Shown: in pieces, positions 11,553-24,880 of the stretch
Layout: every line of letters starts with the position of its first letter
Numbering within the stretch: the first letter of the stretch is position 1
DNA from: Microbotryum violaceum
Taxonomy: Eukaryota
Assembly: GCA_001244265.2 (NCBI GenBank)
Contig: CDLV01000004.1
Location: forward strand, 434,001-498,000
Reading direction: 5' to 3'
DNA length: 64,000 nt
The notes under the pieces: generated by a model
Database searches by the model: none
What the model was told of the DNA's origin: nothing
What the model saw: the letters and a program-made list of their open reading frames with translations, nothing else
Position numbers and translations under genes: made by a program

Positions 11553-14500
11553 CACCTCTGGCTATATATATAAGCACGCTAAAAAGTGGCGCGCGCCGCG
11601 CGCCTCCGACCCTCGCTTCCGCGCGACGTAGCCAAACATGTTGCCCCCCTGCAACCCGGGTTGCTGGATGGCCGAGGACTAGGGCAACTTGCTAATGAGA
11701 TTGACCTATTATTAGGGAGTACTTGTGCAGTCGCCCGCAGAGCTGTCTCTTCCAGCCTCCCCCCGCTCAGCGCCAAATCAGACCCGCCTCAGTTCTAAGA
11801 CGAGCACCAACTATTGTAACACACAGTAATACATTCTCGAATCAATCTACGGCATATGTATCAGACAATGGACAGGCATAAATGGAATCGCTTCAAGTTC
11901 TGACCTGACAGGCTACTTCGAGGGACATCCTGACTATAAGCCCCGAGGCCTTCGTTCGGACGCTCGAATCCGCACCAACATCCCTGGAACGCGGCACATG
12001 GTTACGTACACTGCGCGCCAAATTCAGCAAAGAACCTTCGATGAACATGCTCGTGGCGAAGCTAGCTCGCCGTCTCCTCGGCCTCCAATGGCCCTCCGAT
12101 TCAGGCCGATTTCGACGAAGCCGCCAACCCGAGTGGGATGGATTGGGATGATGAACGCCACAGCGAGTACGGTGGTGGCTATGAACGCGACTTTAGTCCG
12201 GCCCCATACTTTCCGGATCGAACATCCCATATACCAATCGCGCCTGACTATAGTGCAAACGCCGAGCGATTATCACTGGCTGATCTGCGCCAAGTCGAAA
12301 GTTTCGAACCAGCCACACGTGGTCAGTCGAAGCAAGAAACGTACAAGCAGTTCGTGTTCAACGACTCTCGTCTTAGGCGCTTGGAACGGCCAGCGCTTCT
12401 GCGCCAGTATATCGCGTTTGCGCTGGGTTCAAAGGTCATCTACGGCCCTTGATTGACGTGGACGAGGAGCTGTGCCAGGGTTCGGTCGCTAGCGAAGTGC
12501 CGCCGCCTTGTTCATGCGAGAGCCCCCTCACATTACTGCTTGACGTGTACGACGTCATAAGCTGTATGTGAATAAGGCAAGTTGGGTCACTGTGTCGAAT
12601 AACGCGCTGACAAGGTCGAATCGATGCAGTGGTCGAGGTACCGATCGCTTTTTGTCCGAGATCCAGCAGCGATAGCCCATGCCTTACGTACGCCGAGCGC
12701 CTTGCTCAGATCGGATTGATCGGATCGACCGCAGCTGCTCCTCGCTCTGCCTTCACCTTTCGACTTGTACAATTCCTCGACTTCTGGTGGAGCACCGCGC
12801 CGTTTCCTGTTGATGGAGCAGCTCGCGGGCTCGACATTTTCTATGAGCAAACTGGATGGGATCGGTCGGGCCTGAGTCAGCATAAATTCGTGAGCTCGAC
12901 CCCCTGTCATGGTTGCTATTGATCATTATCTGATATTTATCATCGTTCGCGCAGGACAAGGAGCTGCGAAAGCAACTCCAGCGCGCCCTTGACGAATTTC
13001 GGGCTCTCACGACATCCGAGCGAGAATTGGGCGACCTCGTCCTCGGTGTCGCGGATTCTCCCTCGGATAAGTGTCCAGCATGCTACGGATTGACGCGTCT
13101 AAATCAAGCCCACCATAGAGTCGAAGTGCAGCATCTTGTCGCTCTGGATGGCAACTTCCAACATTCTCGCGACACCTCAGCCAAATACGATTCTCAGGAG
13201 TCGACGCCAGCCCTCTTCATCGGCGAAGGCGAGCTCGAATCGATGAAGGAGAGGGCTGATGGTGGCGACAGCAAGAAGTCAGAAAAGGTCCGCTGATCCG
13301 AGCCGCCCCCTGCGATCCTTTCAACGCGCTGACGCCCTTCCTCTCGCGTCTTGAAGGCCTGTGCCGATTCGTGGAAAGCGGCCAACGGCGGTGCGACACA
13401 ATCTCGCGGGGCAAGTCCGATACGGGCCTAGTTGCCTGTGTTTGCCGTCACGATATCGCGTTGAAGATGGTCAACTTGTATCAATCAGGCGAAAAGCTCG
13501 TCAGCTCAGCTCCTCTTTCAACCGCTTACAAGGCCTGACGCTCGTTTTTGATGAGGCAGGCGCTACTACGGCTTATCGCTGCTGCAACATATTTCGAACC
13601 AACTCCCTTCCAACGATACACTCGGAGTGCTGTATGATGTTGCGTGTAATTTGGACGGCTACATGCAATCGGTCAGCAAGAGTGGCGGATCCGTCGTTCC
13701 TTAGATTTCTGGCCCTGGGGCGCCGCTGACCTGTACTGTACTTCGATCGCCTGCAGAGAAGTATCCTTCCCGATCTGTTTCCGAGATTGAAGTTTGCCAC
13801 GAGCGTGTTTCATGCTTTTGCTCATCAATGGCCCTGCCAGCCTGAGTACAACCCGCGCCTGATTCAGCACTTTGGGTTGACGGATGGGGAGGGATGCGAA
13901 CGCGTTTGGAGTCAGCTCCGATCGCTCATCCCGATCAATCGTCCTGCGAGCGCTTCTCACCGGCGCGTCAACATCTCGCGTCGCATCGACCTGATGAACA
14001 AGAACGGTGTTGACAGCCTCGGTATGCTCTGCCATCCACACTTTCACGCCGTGTTCGTTACTTAATTGTGCGGTCCCTTCGAATGCTCAAGATCAGCTTG
14101 GAAGGGCACAAACTGATCTGAGTGACGTTTCGGCAATATGGTCCGAGTCTGACCTTCTCGCGCAATGGGATTTACAACGAGCTGCTCAAACGGCCACAAC
14201 GGCGGGTCAACGTCGGGAGAACGAGGACAAGGAGCGATTAGAGCTGTTTAACATTGTACAGAGGCTACACCACATGGAAGAAAGGCTGTACGTTCGGCGC
14301 GTCAAACCCCATTGGAGGACGAGGGCGTAAAATTGACACTGAGTCTTGGCAGTGTGTGTTCAGATTCGATCCAATGGCTTCCGATGAAGCGAAAGCTCGC
14401 TTGCAGCAACAGCTAAGAGCTTACCAACAAGAATACGATCGCACGAAGGAGCTTGCAGCTTCAGGTGCGGCGCGCGTCCTATCTTTATGAGTATCGCCAC

Positions 14501-15738
14501 CTGATGTTTGATGTCCCATGACATACCTAGATTTCCAGCATTTGTGCAACTGCGTAGTCAAACTTCGCGCATTACACAAAGCGACGGTCCAATTGCAATG
14601 CTGTCAAGAACGAATTGACTCAATGGGTCGGGGACGAAGCGGCGCGACAATCGGTCAAGTCGAAGCCAGCAAGCTTGTCAGCGTCTCACAGACGCACAGC
14701 AAGAAAGTAAAAGTGGCAATCAATATGTACAATAAAGCGGTCGGGATTACCGAAATGCTGCGACCGAGCAATCGGCCCAGATTCTGGACAACTTACCGCT
14801 CGCTACCACAATTAAGTCGCTTGTGACTCTGTCGCCAACGGACGCTTTCTGGCCAGACGGTTTTTTCGTACACGACACTGCGCCTTGGGCATTGATACCG
14901 ATGTTCAGAAAGGGATCAAGGCGGTTTTACTCAAAGCCAGGGCGGAAGAAGAGATTCTCCGGATCGGAGCTGAGGTTCGACAACTACTTGCGTGGCTCGA
15001 AGATGAGGACACTCGCTTTGTTAGGGTATCTCAGGCATGGGCAGGGGACCGAGGTGAGATGGACACACCCTTTCTTTGTGTTGGTGCTATACCTTACGTC
15101 GCCCCTTCTATTAGTTCCCGAGAAACGATCGAAGCGGCTAAGAAACTTCTCGGAACTGACGGCGCGGGCGAGGTTGGCACTGCGGTGTGGCATGTGCTCA
15201 ACGCCGGCAGATTTCGTTCAAAGAGCGTCTGGATCGGCTCGCCGAACGCGATGATCTCTCGGTTGTCTGGTTTAGGACGCGTTCACCCGCAGTTCATGAA
15301 TCGCAGCCCTCGGCATTTGGTTTGATCGGGGGACTTTTCGCCGGACGGGCGAAACAGGTGTCGCGCCGTTCGCGCGGTAGTCCACGTCATTTCGGTCGCC
15401 GCCTTTCGACGCTAAATAATACTCAAATGCAGAGCCCCATCGCTGAGTCGAGCCGCAGCTTATCAGGTCCCTCTGCCGTGGACGTGCGCCACACACCCAT
15501 CGACCTCGACGCATTCCGAAGGGAACTTGGCCTGACCCCCGATTCAGCCGCGGAGCAGGCCGAGCGAGACCGTGATGACGTGTATGAAAGACGAATGGAA
15601 GAACTTTTGGGTTCACTATCGGAGCAGGAGGTCGAGGAAGAAGATGATGCTGAGCTCGGGGAGGGCGGCGGAGAGTCAGGCTCGACAAGGGGTGAAGACT
15701 CGGACGACCTCGAGATTCTCGACGAGCCCATGGGCTAG
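11553..15738 (+). mobile_element. KDZ (Kyakuja-Dileera-Zisupton) transposon; intron-containing transposase ~11868-15738 with an early stop and frameshifts; 3' end not defined
   Basis: CxC1-like cluster; CPACYG, LVALDGNFQH, CADSWKAA, TGLVACVCRHD, VLYDVAC, VFHAFAHQWPCQ and GLTDGEGCERVWS motifs. Confidence 0.9.
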
Positions 15739-16443
15739 CTAGGGATGGTTTAGCGCATTTGTTGACTGTAGATTATTTGTTATTGAAGAACTTTGCTTTT
15801 TGTATGCGGCCCATATCACACATGGTAGAATGTGGACGCCAGTGCACAAAAGTAAAATGGATGTCAGCCTTAATGAGGCGTTGACGCGTTGACGACCACG
15901 ATCCCACGAGCCGGTCGCCACGGCCACACTCACCGAACTGCAGTACGTGACAAGCTTGAAGGTTCTGCTAAGTTGAAAACTAAAAATTGGTGCGCATCGG
16001 TGCTGACATTTGCAGGTTCAGGTTTGGGAACGTTGCCAGAGGGGGCGGGGGGCGGTGAGGATTGGTGTTGCTGTAGTTGTTCTGTTCCAACAGCACCCCG
16101 AAGTGGGTCCAGACGCGTCCAACGGCGCTCCGTTGTACAGTGCTTGCGATAATATGTCAGCAAAAATCAATGAAATACGTCACCGCATACCTACTCCGTT
16201 GACGTGATAGTTTATGTAGTCGGATATTGGTCCATCGGCCAAGGACATTGTAGGGGCTGTGTACTCCCGGGGTACACATACACAGAGTCGGCGCGCGACA
16301 AGAGTGTAACCCCGGGGGACCCGGCCTGTGCCGCCGACAAAGCTGTGTACTCCCGGGGTGCCAAGCCGGTCACCGGTGGCAGATCACTGTATAATAACAT
16401 GTCCGATTCTACAACGGCAGGAGGTTAATCCTTTCGGTAAGTT

Positions 16444-16876
16444 CAGACACTTCCTGGGCTTTTAGCGGGAGCGTGGAAGTTTGTTGTAGTGCAGTTTCGC
16501 TCTGCTCGGTAGTTCGAACGGAGATTCAGTTAGGGAGTGCGTTGGCCTTGCGGGCTTTTCAGAGTGCAAGTCGGATGTAGCAAACAAATCTTTCGTCGGT
16601 CTTGTCGCAGGAGGGTATCCCGTTCAGTAACTGAAGACACATCCTCAGCTTCGAACGGGTGCGTGGAAGATTGTTCTAGTACAGTTTCGCTCTGCTCGGT
16701 GGTTCGAACGGAGATTCAGCTAGAGAAGTGCATTGGCCTTGCGGGCTTTTCAGAGTGCAAGTCGGATGTAGCAAACGAATATTTCGTCGGTTTCGTCGCA
16801 GGCGGGTGTTCCAGTCAGTAACTGCAGACACATCCTGAACTCTGAACGGATGCGTGGAAGTTTGTTGTAGTGCAGT
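16444..16876. repeat. ~190-bp tandem repeat, ~2.3 diverged copies
   Basis: GCGTGGAAG..TGTT.TAGT recurs at 16471, 16661 and 16852. Confidence 0.85.
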
Positions 16877-17249
16877 CAGCAAGGACGTCGGCGACGGACC
16901 GCGCCTGAGCCGTGGAACCCCGGGAGTACACAGCTGGAGAGGGCACCGGTCATGTGTACCTCCGGGGGTACACACCGCCACGCCGGTTGTACAGTGCTTG
17001 TTAAGAGTGTCCTAGAATTGATGAAGCATGTCGTCGCATACCGCTTCCTCGTTTCCGAAGGCGCAGGACTCTGTTCTAGTGTATCTACGCCCTGCCCTAA
17101 GGTTTAAGATTGAACTAGAATTTCCCCCTTCGGAGTGCATTGTACCTCGGAGTGAATCATGATTGCAGAGCAGGATCTCCATTAACACAACATACAAGCT
17201 AGACAGCTACACACGCTCACGGAAAATTCGGGATGGTCATCGCCTAACC

Positions 17250-18718
17250 GGTGAATTGACACTCATGGTGCCTCATGTCCCAGTATCCAGGCCGCGCTCC
17301 AGCTCGCTCAGACTGGTCAGCTCGGAGAGGGTGGAGAGGTTGCTTTCGGCCTCCGAACCGGCTGCCGATCCGTGGTCGGAATGTTGGCCGGTCGCCGAAC
17401 TCTGTTCCGATATCGCGTCCTCCTCTCGTGCCCCGAGGTCGACGCGGCGCCCTCTCCGCCGGACCCCTTCTTGCGCATCCAACAATACGCGTCCCTCTGT
17501 TTGCTCGACAGCGCCAACCACATGTGGGCACACTCAACAATCCAGGAGTCCCAGATCTTCTTCCTTTCGGGCTCGAGGTCCGCATCGGTGGGCGGCTTGG
17601 GAGGTTCGGGAACGTGGACGAGCACCGTCGTTGCAAATGGTCTGAGCGCTGCTTGCCAGGTGCGATGTTCGCTTTCTAACTGATCCCGGTAATCGTCCGG
17701 GACACGTTTCCCGAGAAAAGGGCGGTACACCTTTCAGATCCATCTTAAAAGGCGGTCACTCCCCCTCCTGGTCCTCGTCGGTCCTTACATCGTCCTCAGG
17801 GAGGGGGCGTTGGCACTCTTGGTACAGGGGTGAAAGGATTTCACTGAATAGGCGCGATTCCTCATGTTCGGCGGCAATGTCGACGGGGACGGTGAAGATG
17901 CGCGCGAGGATATCGTCGAAGTCTTGGATGCGGGTCCTATACTCCTTCAAAACTCTCGCACTCCCTCCACCTCTCTTTCGCTTCTGGTTATCGTATGCAT
18001 CGAACAACACGTTCCTCCAATGGATGAGCACGGTCAACAGGCTCCGAGGCAGACGTCCATTCCCTTTGTACCCTGCCCATTCATCCCAAACAGGCCACAT
18101 GACGTAGTAGATCTCCTCCCGGACCTCATAGTCAAAATTTTCGACGTCCTCGGGATTGGGTCTTGAGTCATGATGTCTTTGGGTTCCATCACCAGCCGAC
18201 GCGCCCTTTCCGCCGCCCACTCGTCGTGCCTCGCACGGTCCGCTTTCCCCGGCGCCTCCAACATGTCAAGCTTGGCCTGCAACTGCCGGCGGTATCTTTT
18301 CTTCAGGTGGCCAAAACCCTAATCAGATCAGATAGGTACATCAACAAAGGTTTAGCCGAATTCCACATATTTTGTATCTGATCTCCTGGGAAAGCTGTTT
18401 AGCACTCACCGCTTGGACCTCACGGTCGGTACCGATCAGCTCAAACGCCGCCTCGTTGCATCTGTACCGACTGTCGACCGTAGACGGATTGAACTCGCGC
18501 TTGTGTATACGAATGATTTTTTTTTTTAGGTTTCGTTTGGCCTCATGTGCATGTTCCGGTGCTACAGTTGGTCCGTCGAGTGACCTGTACCCTCCAAGCA
18601 GCTTGTAGTGTTTGTTGCAAAGTTCACAACGGACACGCCATTGGCCGGACTCGTCACGGATGAGATGCGAGTCGATGTCGAGCCAGGCGCGCTCGCCCTC
18701 GGTGGCGCGTGGTGCCAT
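17250..18718 (-). pseudogene. Hypothetical TE-associated protein, frameshifted; N-terminal CxxC and an HMG-box-like C-terminal helix
   Basis: Consecutive minus-strand ORFs 18341-18817, 18034-18282, 17756-18220 and 17317-17730; RCELCNKHY; CAHMWLALSSKQRDAY. Confidence 0.45.
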
Positions 18719-19908
18719 GTTGGAACTTGGAGTGGGGGTGAGGGGTGAGATCGGTGAGAGGGAAAGAGCAGTGTCCCAATGTGTACCCCCGGGGGTACAC
18801 GTCGCGCCTCGCGTCACCTCACGTCACCACAGCATCACCGACACCGAGCGCGTCGGACCTATATGGAAGCTTGCAGTGTATGCAAGCGACTCGGCCAACA
18901 ACGAGCTTTGCTACTACGAAGTCATTGACGCCTCAGCACCAAGCTGCCACTATATCGATGCCGAGTTTACGCGCCCTTCCATTGACAATTCAGCAGAAAA
19001 GGCATTGATTACGCGTAATGCAGCGTCGTATTTCCCTGGCACATATGGTCAGCTAGCCAGCTCGGACACCTTGCGATCTTGCGTCTGCAGGTCAGAACTG
19101 CTGAACTACTTTGTTCCCTGCTTCTGTTTTATATCTATTGTTCCAGCGTCAACGAATAATCTCGGCTTTCATTCTCACCGCGGGCACACCGTTTGGAGAA
19201 CCCAACGCGAAGCGTGTTATTACGGACATTCTCGACAGCTTGAAGGTTCTGCTCTCACTTCGCCGGCGTCTCGGGGGTCCGAAGGGGTAGTCGGAGAAAT
19301 TTGGGTGCTTTGCTGTTGTCACCCCCAAGCTCTGGGGCGAGCTTAACTGCAGTTTGACATTAGGTAGGATGCGTGAGTGCTTTATTTGGACATCCATTAA
19401 ATGCCTGAATTGAATGTCCGGAGTAAAGTCTAAAACGTTAGGCGTCAGTAAATCTGAGCTTGGTAGAGGGATGGTGTACCATTGCTCCCCCTCCTCGCAC
19501 ACTCTGGCACGGTGCACCTCTCTGGGTGTCCCACGAGCCGTGAAGCTTAGCTAATCGTGGTTAGAGTTATTCTTATAGACGATGCCAATCTTCCTATACC
19601 AATGTTCCCAAGAGTCGAATTCGGAACCGAAATGCGATATAGCTGTTGTACCCAATACCGCCTGCTGACAAGATGGAGGATACAACCAATGCACAGGTAA
19701 GACAGCTACTGTATTGACCTTCTGCCCCCCCTCCCTCCTAATTTTCTGTTTCTCTTCACTCACTACTTACTACCCCTGTTTTTTTCTTTAATTCAACAGC
19801 AGTACAACCATAGCAATACCTAAAAACCTGGGGAAAGTCGGAGCGAATGCAGTTGAGCACACTGACTAGTAGGCCAGCTTCGGAGCTTCGGATCTCGAAG
19901 ATGGGAGT

Positions 19909-22900
19909 AATAACAGACTGACGAGCGTGTAATCCAACCGTCAGTTAATTGCATATGATAGTAGCCGTAGTGCTAGATGTACGTACCTGACGAGCGTGTA
20001 ATCCAACCGTGGAGAGAAGACAACGGTTGGTGCGCATCGCCAGGCTTCACTAAACAAACGCGCGCTTCTAATCAAATAACCGAAAGCCGCCTTCCTGCTA
20101 ATCCTCATTCACAACACGCCAACTCGCCCCTTCACGCGATGAATCTATAAGCCCCATCGCGTGTACAAACTGATAGTGCTTCTGTGTCCCGAGCCCCTTG
20201 GTGAGGACGTCCGCAGCCATGGTGCCCGTGGGCACCCAGACCATCTCGATCGTGCCTTCCGCGATGTGGTCCCGGATGAAGTGAAAGTGGATGCCAATAT
20301 GTTTGGTACGAGCATGGAAAGCCGGGTGCTTGGCCAGAGTGATGGCGGACTGGTTGTCACCCCGCAAACGAGTCGGAGCGGTCTGCTCGAAGCCAAGATC
20401 CGCAAGCAAACGACGTAACCAAATCCCCTCGCGAGCGGCGTATGACATGGCCACATACTCGGCCTCGGTACTGGAGAGGGTGACGAGAGTCTGTCGCTTG
20501 GCAACCCAAGAGATAGCCCCACCAGCGCACATGAACACGTAGCCCGAGACGCTCCGGCGAGTGACCGGGTCGGCGCCATGATCAGCATCGACGAATCCCT
20601 CCAAGATTGCCGACATAGGCTGGAAGGACTTCTGATAGCGGATGCCAAAATTGCGGGTACCGACAAGGTAGCGCAGGATGTGTTTGAGCGCCTCCCAATG
20701 CTCCGCCGTGAAGTCGTTGCAGAAACGAGCAGCCTTTGAAACGGCGAACGCGATGTCGGGTCGGGTGGTGCCAGAGAGGTATAAGAGCTTGCCTACAATG
20801 GCGCGATAGGGGATCGAGGCAGTATCAAAACCGGAGTCAGCGCGATTCCTCAGAGTCGACGGAGCCGCGAGAGGCGTGGGGCGGGGGAGGCATTGGCCAT
20901 GTGGTGTTCCTCGAGGATGGCATCGACGAAATGTCCCTGGTTGACAATCGCAGCACCCGTCTTGCCCTCACGACGGATGCTCTGGCCGAGGAAGAAGGAA
21001 GCCTCGTCGGTGCTGCGAGCTTCGAACCGAGCCTTGAGCTGACAGAGCACGCCGTCGAGATCCCCGTCACCCGTGAGCAGACCGTCGTCGACATGAATGG
21101 AGAGGAAAGACCGTCGATCCCCCTCTTTGCGAACGAAAACGGCATGGTCACTGTTGGTGCAGGTGAAGCCAATGGACAGGATCCATTCAGTGAAGACCTT
21201 GTACCACTCGCGGCCCGCCTGAACGAGGCCGTAGAGAGCGCGCTGCAAGCGCACGATATCGCCTCCGGGTAGTCGCATGTAGATCTCGGTCCCGCCGAGG
21301 TTACCGTTGAGGTACGCAGACGAGACGTCGAACTGGCGGGTCTCCCACTCGTTCTCGACGGCGAGGGCGAGTAACAGTCGATGAGAGGCGGCTCGACCTG
21401 TGGGCGAGAACGAATTGATGTGCACCCCCGACGTCTTTGCATGTCCCCGCGCGCAACAAGTCGAGCTTTGTACTTGACAATTTGACCCTCCGCATTGCGC
21501 TTGACGAGGAGCACCCACATGCTCCCGATGACAATGGCCCCGGGCGGGGGTCGAACCGGCTTGGAGAACGCGTTCTTAGCGGCGAGAGCTCCCTCCTCCA
21601 CCGACATGGCGGCCAGCCAGTAATCACGAAAGGGGCCAGCGAGGGCGGCCTGGACCGAAGGAGTGTCATCGCTGTCGATCTTGGCGAGGAGCGCAGAGAC
21701 TTCCTCAAACAAGTACATCTGCGTGTCAGGGTCACCTTCATCGAAGTCATCGAACTGGATGGCTGCGTGGTCGGCAAACTCCCAATGCTGTGCCGCGTGA
21801 GCAAATCCGAGGTAGTCAGGCGGACGGCGGGTCCGGGTGGAGCGATCACCATCGGGCGGTGCGTTTGCCGGACCAGGGTTCGAAAATGCGAGGGCGGGCG
21901 GAACGGGTGGCGGAGCGGCGGCAGCGGGAGCCACGGCCGGCGCTTCGGCGACAGGGGGCGCAGCGGCGGAACCGATGCCGAGCGGCGCGGGCGGGTAAGA
22001 CAAACCGACCGCAACAGGGATGGCAGGCATGGCAGGGCTCACCGCAGGGGGAAGAAACGGTCCTCAAAGAACCCGGCCTGAGACGACTCAAAGACCTTGT
22101 TGCGAACCGGATCGAAGAAGCGCCAGGCCTTGGATCGCGAGGAGTAGCCAACAAAGTAGCAAAGGCGGGATCACGGGGCCAGCTTGTTGGGACGTTGCTC
22201 GGGGGCGAGCGGCACGTGAGCGGCACAGCCCCAGGTCTTGACACGGTCGAGGCGGGGGCGGCGGGTGTCCGTGACCGGGTCCGAGGGTTCGTGCAGCACA
22301 GAGTCTGGGGTGCGCTGCTGGAGCGGCGACGAGGGGAGCAGATTTATGACGTAGATCGCGGCGTGCGCCGCTTCATCCCAAAGTGCGGGAGGCAGTCCGA
22401 GCGATGGAGCCAGGCGCGAACGGAGTTGAAGATCGTTCGCCAGCTGCGTTCCTGAACGCCCATCTGGCCGTGCTCGTACGCTGTGGAGAGCTCGTGGAAA
22501 ATGCCCCGCACGGCGAGCCAATCCCGGAGCCTGTGGTTCACAAACTTGCCCCCTCTGTCCGTGCGCAGCGTCGTGACGCCCTGGCCCCCATACTGGGTCT
22601 TCAACATCGCAACAAAATCCTGAAGGACGGCTGACAAGTCACTCTTGAGCCGGATGCTGCGAGCCCAGCGGAAGCGCGAAGACTCGTCCGTGATGCCGCA
22701 GAGGTAACGAGCACCCGAAAGTGCGGGCACAGGGGAAGGACCCCACATGTCGGCAAAGACACGGGAGAAAGGTGCGTCCGCGGGGTGGCTCGCGGGTTCC
22801 CGGTTCGGGGAAGAGACGGTTTTGCCGGCGCAACAAGCATCGCACTGATCGAGGAGGCGAATCTGATCCGGAGTTACAGCTGCTACATCGAGTGGAATTT

Positions 22901-24880
22901 GACCCGACCTAACAAGCTCTACCAAACGACCCCAAGAAGGATGACCCAAGCGCTGATGCCAAAGCACTACGTCTGTAGGCAAGGTGGTGGCAGTCAGCGC
23001 CAGGTGATCCGCCCGAGGAGGTGGGTGAGAACTTGCCTGAAGCACGTAGTGGTTGCGATTGAGGGCGAAGGAAAGGCGGGAGGTCGCGCTCGAGATCGCG
23101 GTCCCGGTATGTTTCCCAGCCGCGTCGCACTCGTTGGATAGCTCATACCCGTCCTTCATCAGGCCGGCGAGTGAGACGAGTTCAGCGGACAGACCGGGGA
23201 CGAGGAGGACGTCATGGAGCTCGATGGACGCTTCGTCGACACCGAACCGGAGAGTGCCCGTACCGGTCGCCATGGCACTGGAGTTGAAGGCGCCGACGAC
23301 CCGGACGCGCTCCGTGGTGAAGGGCTTGAAGTCGATGAGGAGGTCCCGGCGAGTCGTCATGTGGCGGGTCACACCCGAATCAAGCAAGTAGCGCGGGATG
23401 TCGCTCAGGTACAGCGCCGTGTCGTCGTCACCAATGGGTACGCCGACGACCAAGTATCCCTCGTAGGCCTCGTCCTTGAGCTGAGCCTCGGGTGCACGGT
23501 CGACGGCGACGAGCGCCATTACGTCGGCCACGCCAATGGTGATGTTGTGCTTGGCGAGAACAGCGATGCGGCGGCGAGAGACCTCTGCCGATGGCACCGT
23601 GCATTCGTCGCCAAGATGTCCCTGCTCGTAGCACCTTCTGCACTGCATCCGACCCAGTTTCAGGCGACCAGCGTGCGAGATCCCGTGAGGCCACCTCTCC
23701 TTGAGGCCGGGCACCCTCGAGGCCTGAAGGAAGGGGGGCGCCGAGGGACCGGAAGGACGGCCCGAGGGTTTCGAGCGAGGACGACCCGAGGCTGGCTGAC
23801 TCCGAGACTGCACCCGTGCCGCTAATGCCTCCGCGATGGGCTCGATCTGCCGGCTCGAGGAAAGTGCGGCCCTACGTATCGCGCCCTCAACTTGCTCGAG
23901 CGATGGGAGCGTGCCGATGGAGTCGATGACCGTCACGAGGTTCCTCGGCATCCTAGCCTTCAAGAGGTCCATGCGAACGCCCTCGGACAGCGCGGGCGCT
24001 GGTACCCACTTGTCGAAATCGCTCTGGGTAAACGATGTGCCGTCGATCCTGGCGCGTTGATAGGCTTTGTCACGGGAGACGTGGGCGGCGACGAGGTCCT
24101 CAAACAACCGGTTGAAGTTCGCAAGCCATGGGTCGAGCGCTTCGCCGTCGACAAATGGCTCACACAAGAAGAGGGCGTCGAGCTTCGCTGAGCGCATGAA
24201 ATCGTCCGAAGCGCGACCGAGATCCTTATCGAGCGCGGCCCACAAGTCGTGCGTGGCGTTGGCTTTGACGCGGGCGAAGGTGGACTCCCCCAAGCATACG
24301 ATTAGCGTGTTGCGCGCCTGCGCAAGGGCCTGATCGAGAGCGTCGACATCCTGACGGTACAATCGAAGTTGGTTGCGATAGGTGGCCACATCGTCTACCC
24401 GGTTGTCGCCCTCCAAGCGAGTGAACTCGGACTGCAAAGGCTCGGGGCCGACGTCTAGAACACCGGTGACGTGCTTGAGGCGGCCCTCGCCTTTCAGGAC
24501 GTTCTGAAGTCGCTCCCTGGCAACACCCCAGTTGGTGGCGTCGACTTTGCCGTATAGGTCGCCCATCAGACTGACGTGGTCAGCCGTGGGAGTCGCCATC
24601 TTGGATATGCGCTGCGTCTTTTCTGCGTGCGGATCTGTGCCTTGCGGCAATACAGACGCTACCAAATAACAGACTGACGAGCGTGTAATCCAACCGTCAG
24701 TTAATTGCATATGATAGTAGCCGTAGTGCTAGATGTACGTACCTGACGAGCGTGTAATCCAACCGTGGAGAGAAGACAACGGTTGGTGCGCATCGCCAGG
24801 CTTCACTAAACAAACGCGCGCTTCTAATCAAATAACCGAAAGCCGCCTTCCTGCTAATCCTCATTCACAACACGCCAACT
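19909..24880 (-). mobile_element. Full-length Ty1/Copia LTR retrotransposon (family A)
   Basis: 216-bp LTRs at 19909-20124 and 24665-24880, identical by eye; TSD GGAGT (19904-19908 and 24881-24885); PBS TGGTAGCG (tRNA-iMet 3' end type); PPT GTGAAGGGGCG; domain order gag-PR-INT-RT-RH. Confidence 0.96.
20098..24599 (-). CDS. Copia gag-pol polyprotein (several frameshifts)
   Basis: [14 protein letters not shown] knuckle, [10 protein letters not shown] protease, [52 protein letters not shown]. Confidence 0.92.
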
